Source of the DNA: a virus
Taxonomy: Duplodnaviria > Caudoviricetes
Virus record (IMG/VR): IMGVR_UViG_3300025000_000108
Coordinates: 1 to 60,447 of that record
Length of the DNA stretch: 60,447 bases
Reading direction: 5' to 3' (one strand)
Of the stretch, positions 7,886-16,879 are shown piece by piece. The notes under the pieces are model-generated. The model saw only the letters and a program-made list of their open reading frames with translations. It ran no database searches and was not told the origin of the DNA. Position numbers and translations under genes: made by a program. The stretch's first letter is position 1, and every line of letters starts with the position of its first letter.

Positions 7886-9535
7886 ATGTCTACCGTTCAT
7901 TGTGCTGTTTGTTCAACTGATATTACTAACATCCCTGAAGATTACCTTAAAAAACAATACTATCAAGAAGAGTATCCTGATATTCTTATTGGACCCTACT
8001 GTGTTTCTTGCTTCCAGAAGATCCGTATCTGCTGTGGTTGTCAGAAGCCTCTTGTAAAAGATGAATCAATTAAGTACTTCAACAAGGGTCTTTGGTACTG
8101 CACTGAATGTTCCTCTAATCTCACCACATGCTCCAAGTGTAACTCTATCTGTAGTAAAACAATAGAGGTGAATGGAGAAGAATTATGTGAGAACTGTATC
8201 TCTCAACACTATTTCTACTGTGACTTCTGTAAGTCCTATCATAAGAATAATATAAATGTCTTTGATGATAGGAACAATGTAGATGCAAGATTGTTCAAAG
8301 CACAGTACCCAACTGTTTCTAAGATGTACCCCAAAGGTATTTGTGGAGAGGGTTTCGGCAAGGCAACTGCTAAATTAAAGCCAGTAGATGTAAAGCGATG
8401 TGATAACTGTGGTGATATTAAATCATCTACTGGTATGGAGAATAGCAAGTACTGTAAGAGTTGCTATAAAGCATTCTATAAGTGTGCTGTGTGTGGTGAT
8501 AAACACCCTCACATTGAGAGCTATAGGGTTGATGGAAAGGCTGTCAGGATGTGTAGAGGTTGTTTTAATAAGTTACATAAGTGTGATATGTGCGGGAATG
8601 CTACACATAATCACACAAAGATTGAGGGTAAGTTCAGAACCTACAAGGTGTGTAAGCCTTGCTATGAGAACAACAAGCACCTTAAGGAGTGTAAGATGTG
8701 TCTGAATCTTACAGAAATAAATGAAGATGGTATCTGCTACGCCTGTGAGTCTATATATGTGAACAACAAGTGTGGTTATTGTGGTGCTACTAAAGATTTT
8801 GATAACAGATGTAGATCTTGTGGTGGTGCTAATATCTACAACTATTCTACAAAACCTCACCTTCACTTTAATATGATTGGTGAAGAAATAGGTGAGTTGT
8901 TCTTTGGTATTGAGAATGAGATGACCTTTCAAAGCGAAGAGGATCAACGTAAGAGCCTCAAAGAACTCTATAAGAGTTATGACCCTACAGTGCTTTTAGC
9001 TAAGTCAGATGGTTCTATTCGTGGTCCTGGCTATGAGTTGGTTACACAACCAATGACCTTCAAGTATTTCAATAATCTCAACATAGCACCTTGGTTTAAC
9101 AGGAGTGTAAAGAGTAGCTCTTGTGGACTCCATGTACATATGGATAGAGCTTCCTTCTTATCAGAAGTTCACCTCTACAAGATGATAAACTTTATTCACA
9201 ACCATACCAAACTGTGTAATAAGGTTGCTGGTAGGGACTATAACGACTACAACCGTAGGATTCCTGGTAAACCATCCCAACATACCAAGAAGGGGTCAGG
9301 CTCTAGATACTGTAGGGTAAATACGTCTGGTAGGTCTACTGTTGAGATCAGAATGTTTGCTGGATGTACAACTGAGTTTGAGATGAGGTATCGTGTAGAG
9401 TTCCTCCATGCACTGTGGAAGTTTACAAGAGATATTGGAATTAAAGATTCTAATAAGGATAAGTTCTTGTTGTTTCTAAAAGAGGAGCAGAAGGTGTATC
9501 ATAATCTCTGTAGGTTTCTTAGTGGAACTAAGTGA
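7886..9535 (+). CDS. Amidoligase (COOH-NH2 ligase fold) with a long N-terminal multi-CxxC region
   Basis: FGIENE, KSDGSI..ELVT.P, SCGLHVH, RY..VN, TVEIRMF motifs; 17 CxxC pairs upstream; AAGGAG before the ATG at 7886 (ORF track start 7721). Confidence 0.85.
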   Translation: MSTVHCAVCSTDITNIPEDYLKKQYYQEEYPDILIGPYCVSCFQKIRICCGCQKPLVKDESIKYFNKGLWYCTECSSNLTTCSKCNSICSKTIEVNGEELCENCISQHYFYCDFCKSYHKNNINVFDDRNNVDARLFKAQYPTVSKMYPKGICGEGFGKATAKLKPVDVKRCDNCGDIKSSTGMENSKYCKSCYKAFYKCAVCGDKHPHIESYRVDGKAVRMCRGCFNKLHKCDMCGNATHNHTKIEGKFRTYKVCKPCYENNKHLKECKMCLNLTEINEDGICYACESIYVNNKCGYCGATKDFDNRCRSCGGANIYNYSTKPHLHFNMIGEEIGELFFGIENEMTFQSEEDQRKSLKELYKSYDPTVLLAKSDGSIRGPGYELVTQPMTFKYFNNLNIAPWFNRSVKSSSCGLHVHMDRASFLSEVHLYKMINFIHNHTKLCNKVAGRDYNDYNRRIPGKPSQHTKKGSGSRYCRVNTSGRSTVEIRMFAGCTTEFEMRYRVEFLHALWKFTRDIGIKDSNKDKFLLFLKEEQKVYHNLCRFLSGTK

Positions 9536-9723
9536 AGATAAGTATAGTTTCACCTAAAGGTGGAATAGGAACATGCAATGATGAATTTTTCTCTACACTG
9601 ATTGTTAATAAAGGAAGAGAAATACACCTACATTATTGTATGCCTATAAGCCAAAAGTATATTTCAAGTATTGGGTCAGAGTTCTATAAGAAACATATCA
9701 TTGAACTAAAGGAGAAGAAATAA
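9532..9723 (+). CDS. Small hypothetical protein (IxLKE family)
   Basis: Overlaps the amidoligase stop; ends IIELKEKK. Confidence 0.6.
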   Translation: MKISIVSPKGGIGTCNDEFFSTLIVNKGREIHLHYCMPISQKYISSIGSEFYKKHIIELKEKK

Positions 9724-9725
9724 GA

Positions 9726-10544
9726 ATGTGTATTGCAATTTATAAACCAGCATTCAAGGTAATCAGTAAAGAGATCCTCAAAGAATGCTTCGATAGTAAT
9801 AAAGATGGGTGTGGCTTGGCTTATATTAACACAGATCATCTCGGTGTTAAGAGGATCAAGGTATATAAGTCTATGTTCTTCAATAAGTTCTATGAGAAAT
9901 ACGAGAGAGCTATTAGGTTGAATCCTGATAGTCCTTTCATCATTCACTTTCGCATAGCAACTCATGGAACTGTAGATACCTTTAACTGTCATCCATTCTG
10001 GATTAATAATAATACTGTATTTATCCACAATGGTATCATCTCTGGTGTCAGTAAGGACGATAAGAAGAGTGATACTCAGATGTTTAATGAGGAGTTCTTA
10101 CAGCACATAGATGCTACTCTTCTTTTAAAGGATGGACCAGTAAAGAAACTAATCGAGAAGTTTGTAATTGGGTCTAAGTTGGTAGTCCTAAATGTAGAGG
10201 GTGATGTGTCTATCTACAATGAGTCCTCTGGTAATTGGAATGATGGTGTATGGTACTCAAATCTTTCTTGGAAACCCATTAATAGGGGGTCAGTAACCTA
10301 CTATAAAGGGGGTACTACAAAGACTACTTTCTACAGGAAGCACCTGTCAGATGTATCTTATGCACCTTGTGAGGAGTGTGGTACTTATCATCAAGTGACT
10401 AATATGACCCCTTACAGGAACTCTATCGAGCTTGAAGTGTACTGTAAGAACTGTTCGAGAAAGATTCAAGATAAGTTCAAGATGAATGCTGTGACCACAG
10501 AGCAGTACATTGATTGGAACAATGAGTTGGCTCTGTACAACTAA
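9726..10544 (+). CDS. Class II (Ntn) glutamine amidotransferase with C-terminal zinc ribbon
   Basis: N-terminal Cys2 (MCIA), N.DG.G, HFRIATHG, NCHPF, HNG, SDT motifs. Confidence 0.92.
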   Translation: MCIAIYKPAFKVISKEILKECFDSNKDGCGLAYINTDHLGVKRIKVYKSMFFNKFYEKYERAIRLNPDSPFIIHFRIATHGTVDTFNCHPFWINNNTVFIHNGIISGVSKDDKKSDTQMFNEEFLQHIDATLLLKDGPVKKLIEKFVIGSKLVVLNVEGDVSIYNESSGNWNDGVWYSNLSWKPINRGSVTYYKGGTTKTTFYRKHLSDVSYAPCEECGTYHQVTNMTPYRNSIELEVYCKNCSRKIQDKFKMNAVTTEQYIDWNNELALYN

Positions 10545-10735
10545 TGAAACTGAGTTTCTATAAGGCTGGTTGTAATCAAGAATCTAAAAGTCTTATAGTT
10601 AATGACGATGGGAGGACTAAAGTGTATAAGTGTTTCTTTGGTGATTATTCTCACAACCCTGCTTTAGTAGGTAAGGTTTGGTTTGAAAGGTACACTATAT
10701 CCCTGATAGAAAAGAAAGATGAAAGAAATAGTTAG
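10544..10735 (+). CDS. Small hypothetical protein (IxLKE family)
   Basis: TAATG-coupled; ends ISLIEKK... Confidence 0.6.
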   Translation: MKLSFYKAGCNQESKSLIVNDDGRTKVYKCFFGDYSHNPALVGKVWFERYTISLIEKKDERNS

Positions 10736-10910
10736 ACTGTATAGGAGTATAGACTCTCCTAGTGAGAACCCTTTTAGACTCTCAAGGTGTCTAGTTGTAA
10801 CAGAAGAGATAGCTGATGGTAGGGCTAATAATGTTCTTTATCACGGAGGTAGAACAGGGTGCTGGAGTTCTTCTATTGCACAAGATGCGATAACACTAAA
10901 ACAAGTATGA
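10719..10910 (+). CDS. Small hypothetical protein (IxLKE family)
   Basis: RCLVV core; ends AITLKQV. Confidence 0.6.
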   Translation: MKEIVRLYRSIDSPSENPFRLSRCLVVTEEIADGRANNVLYHGGRTGCWSSSIAQDAITLKQV

Positions 10911-11083
10911 ATCTATTTATACTGAACTCTAAGGGTAGTAATACAAATATGGATAGATGTATAATGGTAGTTAAAAATAAAGAAAAACTAGTTCTTTATG
11001 GTGGGGGGTTTAGAGGATCTAATGTAAGTTACTTTGATTTTAAGAGGAACGCAATAAAACTACATGAGAAGAGAAAAGAATAG
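10907..11083 (+). CDS. Small hypothetical protein (IxLKE family)
   Basis: Likely start ATG 10907 (ATGA overlap); RCIMVV core; ends AIKLHEKRKE. Confidence 0.6.
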   Translation: MNLFILNSKGSNTNMDRCIMVVKNKEKLVLYGGGFRGSNVSYFDFKRNAIKLHEKRKE

Positions 11084-12704
11084 ACCTTGCCAGGAGTGTA
11101 GAGCAGTAGGTCATGATAAGTCCGGTGACCATCTGTGGCTTATGTCAGATGGTTCTACATGGTGCTGTCAGAAACCATATCATAAACCTTACTTCGAGAG
11201 GGAAGGAGAACAGATAGTAGTTGACAGACCTAATAGACTGTTAGCATCTGAGGTATTTAATCTACCTATAGTAGAGAATAAGGATAGAGGTATCTTAGAG
11301 AAAGTAATGAAGAGGTTCAGGGTACGTACAGAGTTCTCTGAGGAGACAGGAGAACCTGTTAAGATTTATTACCCTGAGGCAACTAATGGTAAACCTATGG
11401 GGTATAAGATCAGGAAGTTACCAAAAGCCTTTTCAGTTATATATAGAGAAGGATATGGTAACGATAATGTACCTGATCTTTTCGGTGAGCACTGTTGCCC
11501 TAGAAGTGGAAATAGAATACTGGTGTGTGCAGGGGAGGAGGATACTCTTGCTGCCTACCAGATGATGATTAACAAGTACCCCGATTGGGAAGATACATTA
11601 GCAATAGTAGGTCTTCCCAGAGGTGAAGAGGGATCAGTAAATGTAGTAGCTGAGAAGCTATCATTCTTATCAGGATTCAAGGAAGTTATTATTGCAACTG
11701 ATATGGATGACGCTGGAAGAAAGGCATTATCCAAGATCATCCCTGTGGTTGGTGAGTCTGCCAGGATAATAGATTTCTCAGAGAAAGATATATCTGATAT
11801 GCTCACCAAGGGTAAGCAGAAGGAATTTATTAATGCTTACTTCTCCTGTAAGGAGTACAGACCTTCTTCTATTATCCAAGTAGCTGATGTTCTGGAAGAG
11901 GCTGTAACACCTGTAACGTGGGGCTTGAGTTACCCTTGGCCTTCATTAACTAAGCTAACCTATGGCATGAAGAACAATGGAGAGATTATAGGATTAGGTA
12001 GTGGACCAGGATCGGGAAAGACGACCTTCCTAAATCAGATACAAAAGCACATCATCTTTCAGCACAAAGAAAAAATAGCAATCTTTGATATCGAAGAAGG
12101 ACCAGTTATAGGTTTGAAGAAACTTATAGGGTCTGAGATGAGGAAGCCTATTCACCTTCCTGATTGTGACTACGATGTAGATAAGGCTAGGGAGATAGGT
12201 AGGTCATACAGCGGATATGCCAACTTCTATGGAGGTGACTCTGAGAATTGGGCAGAAGTGGAGGATGCTATTAGATACTTTGCCAGTAAGGGTATCAGAT
12301 TTTATTTCATAGATCCACTATCAGCACTAGTAGAGCATCTCTCTTCCTCAGATGCTAATACAGAGTTAGGTAAGATCATGAGAGCTATGAGGAAATTCAG
12401 AAAGCACCAAGGACTTACCTTCTTCCACGCTAATCACTTGAATAATCCTCAAAGTGGTAAGGATCATGGGGAGGGGGGTCATGTAAGGGGTTCTCAGTTC
12501 TCTGGTAGTAGGCACCAATGGAAGTACTCTACACTTCTATTGGGACTAGAAGGAGATCAGTTAGCTGAAGATCCTGGTGAGAAACACAAGAGGAAACTTG
12601 TTGTAATTAAAGATCGTCTTGGTGGTCACACAGGGTATGTTGACTTGAAGTATAATCCAGATACAGGGGTGCTAGAAGAAGATGAGTTCAGAGAGATGCT
12701 ATAG
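11064..12704 (+). CDS. DNA primase/helicase (T7 gp4-like)
   Basis: N-terminal zinc ribbon, TOPRIM (GEED, DMDDAG), Walker A GSGPGSGKT, SF4 helicase motifs (FIDP, HLN, K.R..G.TG). Confidence 0.95.
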   Translation: MRREKNRPCQECRAVGHDKSGDHLWLMSDGSTWCCQKPYHKPYFEREGEQIVVDRPNRLLASEVFNLPIVENKDRGILEKVMKRFRVRTEFSEETGEPVKIYYPEATNGKPMGYKIRKLPKAFSVIYREGYGNDNVPDLFGEHCCPRSGNRILVCAGEEDTLAAYQMMINKYPDWEDTLAIVGLPRGEEGSVNVVAEKLSFLSGFKEVIIATDMDDAGRKALSKIIPVVGESARIIDFSEKDISDMLTKGKQKEFINAYFSCKEYRPSSIIQVADVLEEAVTPVTWGLSYPWPSLTKLTYGMKNNGEIIGLGSGPGSGKTTFLNQIQKHIIFQHKEKIAIFDIEEGPVIGLKKLIGSEMRKPIHLPDCDYDVDKAREIGRSYSGYANFYGGDSENWAEVEDAIRYFASKGIRFYFIDPLSALVEHLSSSDANTELGKIMRAMRKFRKHQGLTFFHANHLNNPQSGKDHGEGGHVRGSQFSGSRHQWKYSTLLLGLEGDQLAEDPGEKHKRKLVVIKDRLGGHTGYVDLKYNPDTGVLEEDEFREML

Positions 12705-12855
12705 GGTTATAATAGATGGGTTAGATAGGTCAGATCATTTCGATTACTCCTCCACTGGTGAACACGATAAGGCAAAAAGATCTATTCATATTCTAGCGGA
12801 GGATGAACATACAATAGATGATGACATCTTACTCAAGTGTAAGTCCGATGAGTGA
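12682..12855 (+). CDS. 57-aa hypothetical protein (IxLKE family)
   Basis: Translated by hand: MSSERCYRVII...RSIHI...DILLKCKSDE. Confidence 0.5.
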   Translation: MSSERCYRVIIDGLDRSDHFDYSSTGEHDKAKRSIHILAEDEHTIDDDILLKCKSDE

Positions 12856-12870
12856 AACGGAGGTGAGCGA

Positions 12871-13047
12871 ATGATAAGAGTCTGTCTAATACCACCAGAT
12901 CATAACATAAGCCCAGATTTCTCTAGGTGTATATGTTTCTATTATAAAAATCCAACAACACACACCAATGGGAAGATAATCAATGCACCTTCACTGATAG
13001 GTGTAGAGCTGGGGAACCCTATTATTAATCTTATAGAAAAGAAATGA
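12871..13047 (+). CDS. 58-aa hypothetical protein (IxLKE family)
   Basis: Translated by hand: MIRVCLIPP...RCICFY...PIINLIEKK; GGAGGTG RBS; stop overlaps the polymerase ATG. Confidence 0.6.
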   Translation: MIRVCLIPPDHNISPDFSRCICFYYKNPTTHTNGKIINAPSLIGVELGNPIINLIEKK

Positions 13048-13754
13048 CTAAGTTAATCTTCGATACAGAGTCAGATGATCTACTGTATGGTGCTACAGTA
13101 ATACACTGTATATCCTGTAAGGATAAAGATACAGGTGAGGTTCAATCATTTCCACCTGACAGTATACAAGAAGCTATAGGTGTGCTGTCAGGTGCTAAGA
13201 TGTTAATAGGGCATAACATAGCACAGTTTGATATACCTCTAATAGAGAAACTGTATGGTGTGAATCTCTTCAAACACTGCACTGTTAGGGATACTTACTG
13301 TATGTCTAAGTTGTTCTACCCTGAAAGGACACAAACAGTTGGTCACTCACTTGATAGTTACGGTAAGCAACTTGGTAGGTTCAAACCTGTGCATGAGGAT
13401 TGGTCTAAGTTCTCACCTGAAATGTTACACAGGAACGTAGAAGATGTAGAGATTAATTATCTATTATACGATCTTCTAGTCAAGCATAACTGTATGAGTT
13501 GGGATTGGGTTGAAGCACTAGAGTTGGAGCAACTCTTTGCATACTATCAGGGGTGGCAAGAAGTAGAGGGTGTGGATATAGATGTTGATCTATGTCATAA
13601 GATAGTAGCTGATATAGATAAAGAGGTGGAAGAGATTGATTCAATTCTGAAACCTATGTTACCTAAGAGGATAAAAGCTAAGGGGAACCCTATTATGAAA
13701 CCATTCAAGAAGGATGGGAGTTATATGAGTAAGGTGGTAGAGTGGTGGGAATGA
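13044..13754 (+). CDS. polA: Family A DNA polymerase, N-terminal part (3'-5' exonuclease plus start of thumb)
   Basis: ExoI FDTE, ExoII GHN...FD, ExoIII ...DV; G..ID; ends KPFKKDG...W. Confidence 0.9.
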   Translation: MTKLIFDTESDDLLYGATVIHCISCKDKDTGEVQSFPPDSIQEAIGVLSGAKMLIGHNIAQFDIPLIEKLYGVNLFKHCTVRDTYCMSKLFYPERTQTVGHSLDSYGKQLGRFKPVHEDWSKFSPEMLHRNVEDVEINYLLYDLLVKHNCMSWDWVEALELEQLFAYYQGWQEVEGVDIDVDLCHKIVADIDKEVEEIDSILKPMLPKRIKAKGNPIMKPFKKDGSYMSKVVEWWE

Positions 13755-13927
13755 TCATACTGAAGTGGAATGAGAGAAGAGGAAACTATGAAGGCGGATG
13801 TCACGGTATACGTGGTAAAGAATTTAGGGGTCTATATGATTTAACCAGATGTGACACCATTGGGAATGAGATATATAGATTCTATGTAAAAGAAGAAATG
13901 ATGATACACTTAAAGGTGAAAGAGTGA
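13751..13927 (+). CDS. Small hypothetical protein (IxLKE family) between the polymerase halves
   Basis: ATGA overlap with the exonuclease-part stop; ends MIHLKVKE. Confidence 0.6.
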   Translation: MIILKWNERRGNYEGGCHGIRGKEFRGLYDLTRCDTIGNEIYRFYVKEEMMIHLKVKE

Positions 13928-14115
13928 ACGTAGGTGATACTGGTTTAGCTATCTACAAAGTACCTGATGGAGAGGGAGAATCTATGAGGTTAGTCTTAGT
14001 AAAGAAGGTAGCAAATACAGGGATTGAAGACTATAAGGTCCGCTCTGTACCTAGGGGTACTTGGGGTGGAAGTAGGTACAACAGAAGATTTATCTCTCTC
14101 AAGGAGCTAGTGTGA
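13924..14115 (+). CDS. Small hypothetical protein (IxLKE family)
   Basis: GTGA overlap; AGGTG RBS; ends FISLKELV. Confidence 0.6.
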   Translation: MNVGDTGLAIYKVPDGEGESMRLVLVKKVANTGIEDYKVRSVPRGTWGGSRYNRRFISLKELV

Positions 14116-14300
14116 AGCAACTTGCAACCTCAGTAAGACCACGAAGAGAGATGGAAAGGAGAACACTACAGGTTGTAGAGAAGAGAAAGGATAGTGATAT
14201 TGTTACTAATGAGAGAGGGGTAGTTAGTTTCAATCAGATCAGATGTGACTATGAGGAGGGTATATTTGATTGGAGAATCATAGTCCTGAAGGAAGTATGA
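14112..14300 (+). CDS. Small hypothetical protein (IxLKE family)
   Basis: GTGA overlap; AAGGAG RBS; ends IIVLKEV. Confidence 0.6.
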   Translation: MKQLATSVRPRREMERRTLQVVEKRKDSDIVTNERGVVSFNQIRCDYEEGIFDWRIIVLKEV

Positions 14301-15388
14301 TACCAGATATAAAAGGACCATTCACCCGAATAGAGTGCTTAGATATTGATCTTAACTCTTTCGATCAAGTTAAGACCTATCTTCTCTCTATTGGCTGGAA
14401 GCCTACTCGGTGGAATGTAAGTAAAACTACAAGAGAAATAACATCCCCTAAGTTAACAGAAGATTCTTTTGACTCTATCGAGGGTGATCTTGGTAAACTT
14501 ATAGCACGAAGGTGGGTTCTCAGGCATAGAAGGAACACTGTTCAGAACTATAAAGACCCTGAGAATAAGGGTATCCTAGCTGCTATAAGAGAGGATGGGA
14601 GGGTAGCTGCTGAGGTTATAACATGTAATGCTGTTACTGGCAGGTGTACTCATACTGGTGTTGTAGTTAATATACCAAAAGCAAAACCTAAGCTCGTATA
14701 TGGAAAGGAGATGAGGAGTATCTTCTGTGTAAGAGATCCTTATGTGATGTTAGGTGCTGATTTAAAACAAATAGAAGCTGTGGTAACAGCACACTATGCT
14801 AACCTATTCGATGGTGGAGAGTACATAAAGGTGCTGAACAGTGTTAATAGTATCCACGATTATAATGCAGCTTTGATAGAGAGGGATAGAGATACTGCTA
14901 AGTCCTTCCAGTACTCTTTGTTCTACGGAGCCAGAGCACCTAAGTTGGCGTCAATATTAAAGTGCTCTAAGAAGAAAGCAGAAGTATACATAGAGAACTT
15001 TTGGAATGGTAATAAGGGGATCAAACTACTTATAGATTACTTAGAGAAATACTATAAGAAATATGGATTCATTAAAGGTCTAGATGGACGAAAGATATTC
15101 ATTCGAGCGGAGTACAAGTTACTCAACTCTCTTATCCAGACAGGTGCTGGAATTATCTTTAAGAAGTGGGGAGTTCTGGCGAACGAGGGACTAAGAAGAG
15201 ATGGTCTTCAGTGTTTTCAGATGATGAATTTTCATGATGAGTATGACTACAGGTGCCACCAGGATCATGTAGATGACTCCTCCTTTATAATCAAGGATGC
15301 AGCCACAAGGTCTGGTGAGTACTTCAAATTAGCAATGCCAGTGGAGGTAGATGTGAAAGTAGGTAAAAATTGGGCACAAGTTCATTGA
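14297..15388 (+). CDS. polA: Family A DNA polymerase, C-terminal polymerase domain
   Basis: TGR, NIP, motif A GADLKQIE, motif B R..AKSFQYSLFYG (Tyr at the E. coli 762-equivalent position, as in T7), motif C HDE; likely start ATG 14297. Confidence 0.95.
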   Translation: MIPDIKGPFTRIECLDIDLNSFDQVKTYLLSIGWKPTRWNVSKTTREITSPKLTEDSFDSIEGDLGKLIARRWVLRHRRNTVQNYKDPENKGILAAIREDGRVAAEVITCNAVTGRCTHTGVVVNIPKAKPKLVYGKEMRSIFCVRDPYVMLGADLKQIEAVVTAHYANLFDGGEYIKVLNSVNSIHDYNAALIERDRDTAKSFQYSLFYGARAPKLASILKCSKKKAEVYIENFWNGNKGIKLLIDYLEKYYKKYGFIKGLDGRKIFIRAEYKLLNSLIQTGAGIIFKKWGVLANEGLRRDGLQCFQMMNFHDEYDYRCHQDHVDDSSFIIKDAATRSGEYFKLAMPVEVDVKVGKNWAQVH

Positions 15389-15591
15389 TGTTCTTAGTGA
15401 AGAGTTATAGTAGATTTGATAGGATACCAGACCCCAATAATGTAGGTGTTGTTGGTGAGTTATTTGAAGAGGAGTCTAGATCTATAAGAGTAAGTGATAG
15501 AGATTCAGGGTTCTCACAGAGACTATTGTTTCCAGATACTTACTGGTGGTACGATAATAACTGGATCATAAAGTTAAAGGTGAAAGAGTGA
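15388..15591 (+). CDS. Small hypothetical protein (IxLKE family)
   Basis: TGATG overlap; RSIRV core; ends WIIKLKVKE. Confidence 0.6.
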   Translation: MFLVKSYSRFDRIPDPNNVGVVGELFEEESRSIRVSDRDSGFSQRLLFPDTYWWYDNNWIIKLKVKE

Positions 15592-15788
15592 CAGAAATTT
15601 ATTTACTGAATAATCGTAAGGAACTGAGAAATGAGACTTACTTTGTTGAGGATGAGTCCCCAGGGTGGCACCCGAAGATGTCTCTGAATAATAGATCTAT
15701 AGTAGCCTCTGATCCACAGAGAGGAAATATGTGCCTAAAAGGATTCTACTATAAAGGCTCTTGGATAAAGAAACTTATACCAGTATGA
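15588..15788 (+). CDS. Small hypothetical protein (IxLKE-like family)
   Basis: RSIVA core; ends WIKKLIPV. Confidence 0.6.
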   Translation: MTEIYLLNNRKELRNETYFVEDESPGWHPKMSLNNRSIVASDPQRGNMCLKGFYYKGSWIKKLIPV

Positions 15789-16321
15789 AAGACTACAAGG
15801 ATCTCGCAGAGAACCACTACCAAGTAGTTGATATCATAGTTGATAAACTACTAAAGACAACTCAGTACAGACAGTATAAGGAGTACAGAGAGGAGCTGAT
15901 AGGTGAGGGTACTATCTCTCTTATGAAGTCAGCAAAAGACTTTGATCCTGACAGGGGTGTTAAGTTTGTAACTTACTGTTCTAAGAGGATAAGTCTAGAT
16001 GTAAAGAGGTACGTTAACAGGGTACTGTCACAGTATATTAGCCATCATTGGCATATAGACAGTATAGACGAAAATGAGTTACCCCTAATCGGTGAGGAAG
16101 AGGAGCAGAAGAAAGATGACGTAGAGATTGATTGGTGCAAGTACGAACCAGAAAGAGAAGTATACAAGAGTATCTACTATCGTGTTCTTCTGAATGGAGA
16201 ACCACAACGTGCAGTTGCTAAAGACCTTAACATAGGTTATAGTACCTTGAAGGTCTTTAAGACTAGAATTATTAAAGAACTTAAAAAGAAACTTACAGGA
16301 GAACAACATGCCGAAATGTAA
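15785..16321 (+). CDS. Sigma-70-family-like transcription factor
   Basis: Region 2 ELIGEGTISLMKSAKDFDPDRGVKFVTY; C-terminal HTH QRAVAKDLNIGYSTLK. Confidence 0.85.
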   Translation: MKDYKDLAENHYQVVDIIVDKLLKTTQYRQYKEYREELIGEGTISLMKSAKDFDPDRGVKFVTYCSKRISLDVKRYVNRVLSQYISHHWHIDSIDENELPLIGEEEEQKKDDVEIDWCKYEPEREVYKSIYYRVLLNGEPQRAVAKDLNIGYSTLKVFKTRIIKELKKKLTGEQHAEM

Positions 16322-16796
16322 AGGAAAAGCTATGTGGGCTTTCACTCAACAACCAGACTCTAAGTACAACTGTTGGAAGGTAGCTCTCTACATCGACTCA
16401 ACAGAAGCTAAGAAGATGATTGATCTTGGTTTGAAGAAACAAGTTAGACGAGTAGACCCCCTGATGGAACCTGATAATGCTGCACTGGGTGAGTATGTAA
16501 TTAAGTTTTCTCGATATGTGAATGGTAAAGGGAAAGCTGCTGGTAAGAAGAATCCTAAACCAGAGGTTATCAATGTAGATAATGAACCTTTTGATGAGAT
16601 CATTGGAAACGGATCTGATGTTATTGTAAGGTTCAATGTGTACAAGTGGGGTCCAAATGCTTTTGGTTCTGGTATCGGTACTGATCTTGACGGTATCAAA
16701 GTTATTAATCATATTCCGTATGCACCCGTAGAAACAGTAGCTGACACTAAGGAAGAGGAATCTACCGTAGAAGCTGCTGAAGAGGATAAGTGGTAG
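16308..16796 (+). CDS. Single-stranded DNA-binding protein (T7 gp2.5-like)
   Basis: G.A.WA, IGNGS.V.V, acidic tail ending in Trp; replication context. Confidence 0.8.
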   Translation: MPKCKGKAMWAFTQQPDSKYNCWKVALYIDSTEAKKMIDLGLKKQVRRVDPLMEPDNAALGEYVIKFSRYVNGKGKAAGKKNPKPEVINVDNEPFDEIIGNGSDVIVRFNVYKWGPNAFGSGIGTDLDGIKVINHIPYAPVETVADTKEEESTVEAAEEDKW

Positions 16797-16835
16797 GGTT
16801 CGCTGCGCTTAACCCATTCTGATAGATTAAATAAA

Positions 16836-16864
16836 AGAACCCTACTAGGTGCTAGTAGGGTTCT
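16836..16864 (+). terminator. Hairpin after SSB (terminator or processing site)
   Basis: Perfect 13-bp stem AGAACCCTACTAG-gtg-CTAGTAGGGTTCT. Confidence 0.55.
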
Positions 16865-16879
16865 AACAAGGAGGAAACA

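Noticed and set aside
13754-14297. Intron, split intein or ribosomal bypass joining the polymerase halves
   Set aside because: No P1/P7 elements or intein blocks seen; the gap is filled by three coupled ORFs and is far longer than known bypasses.
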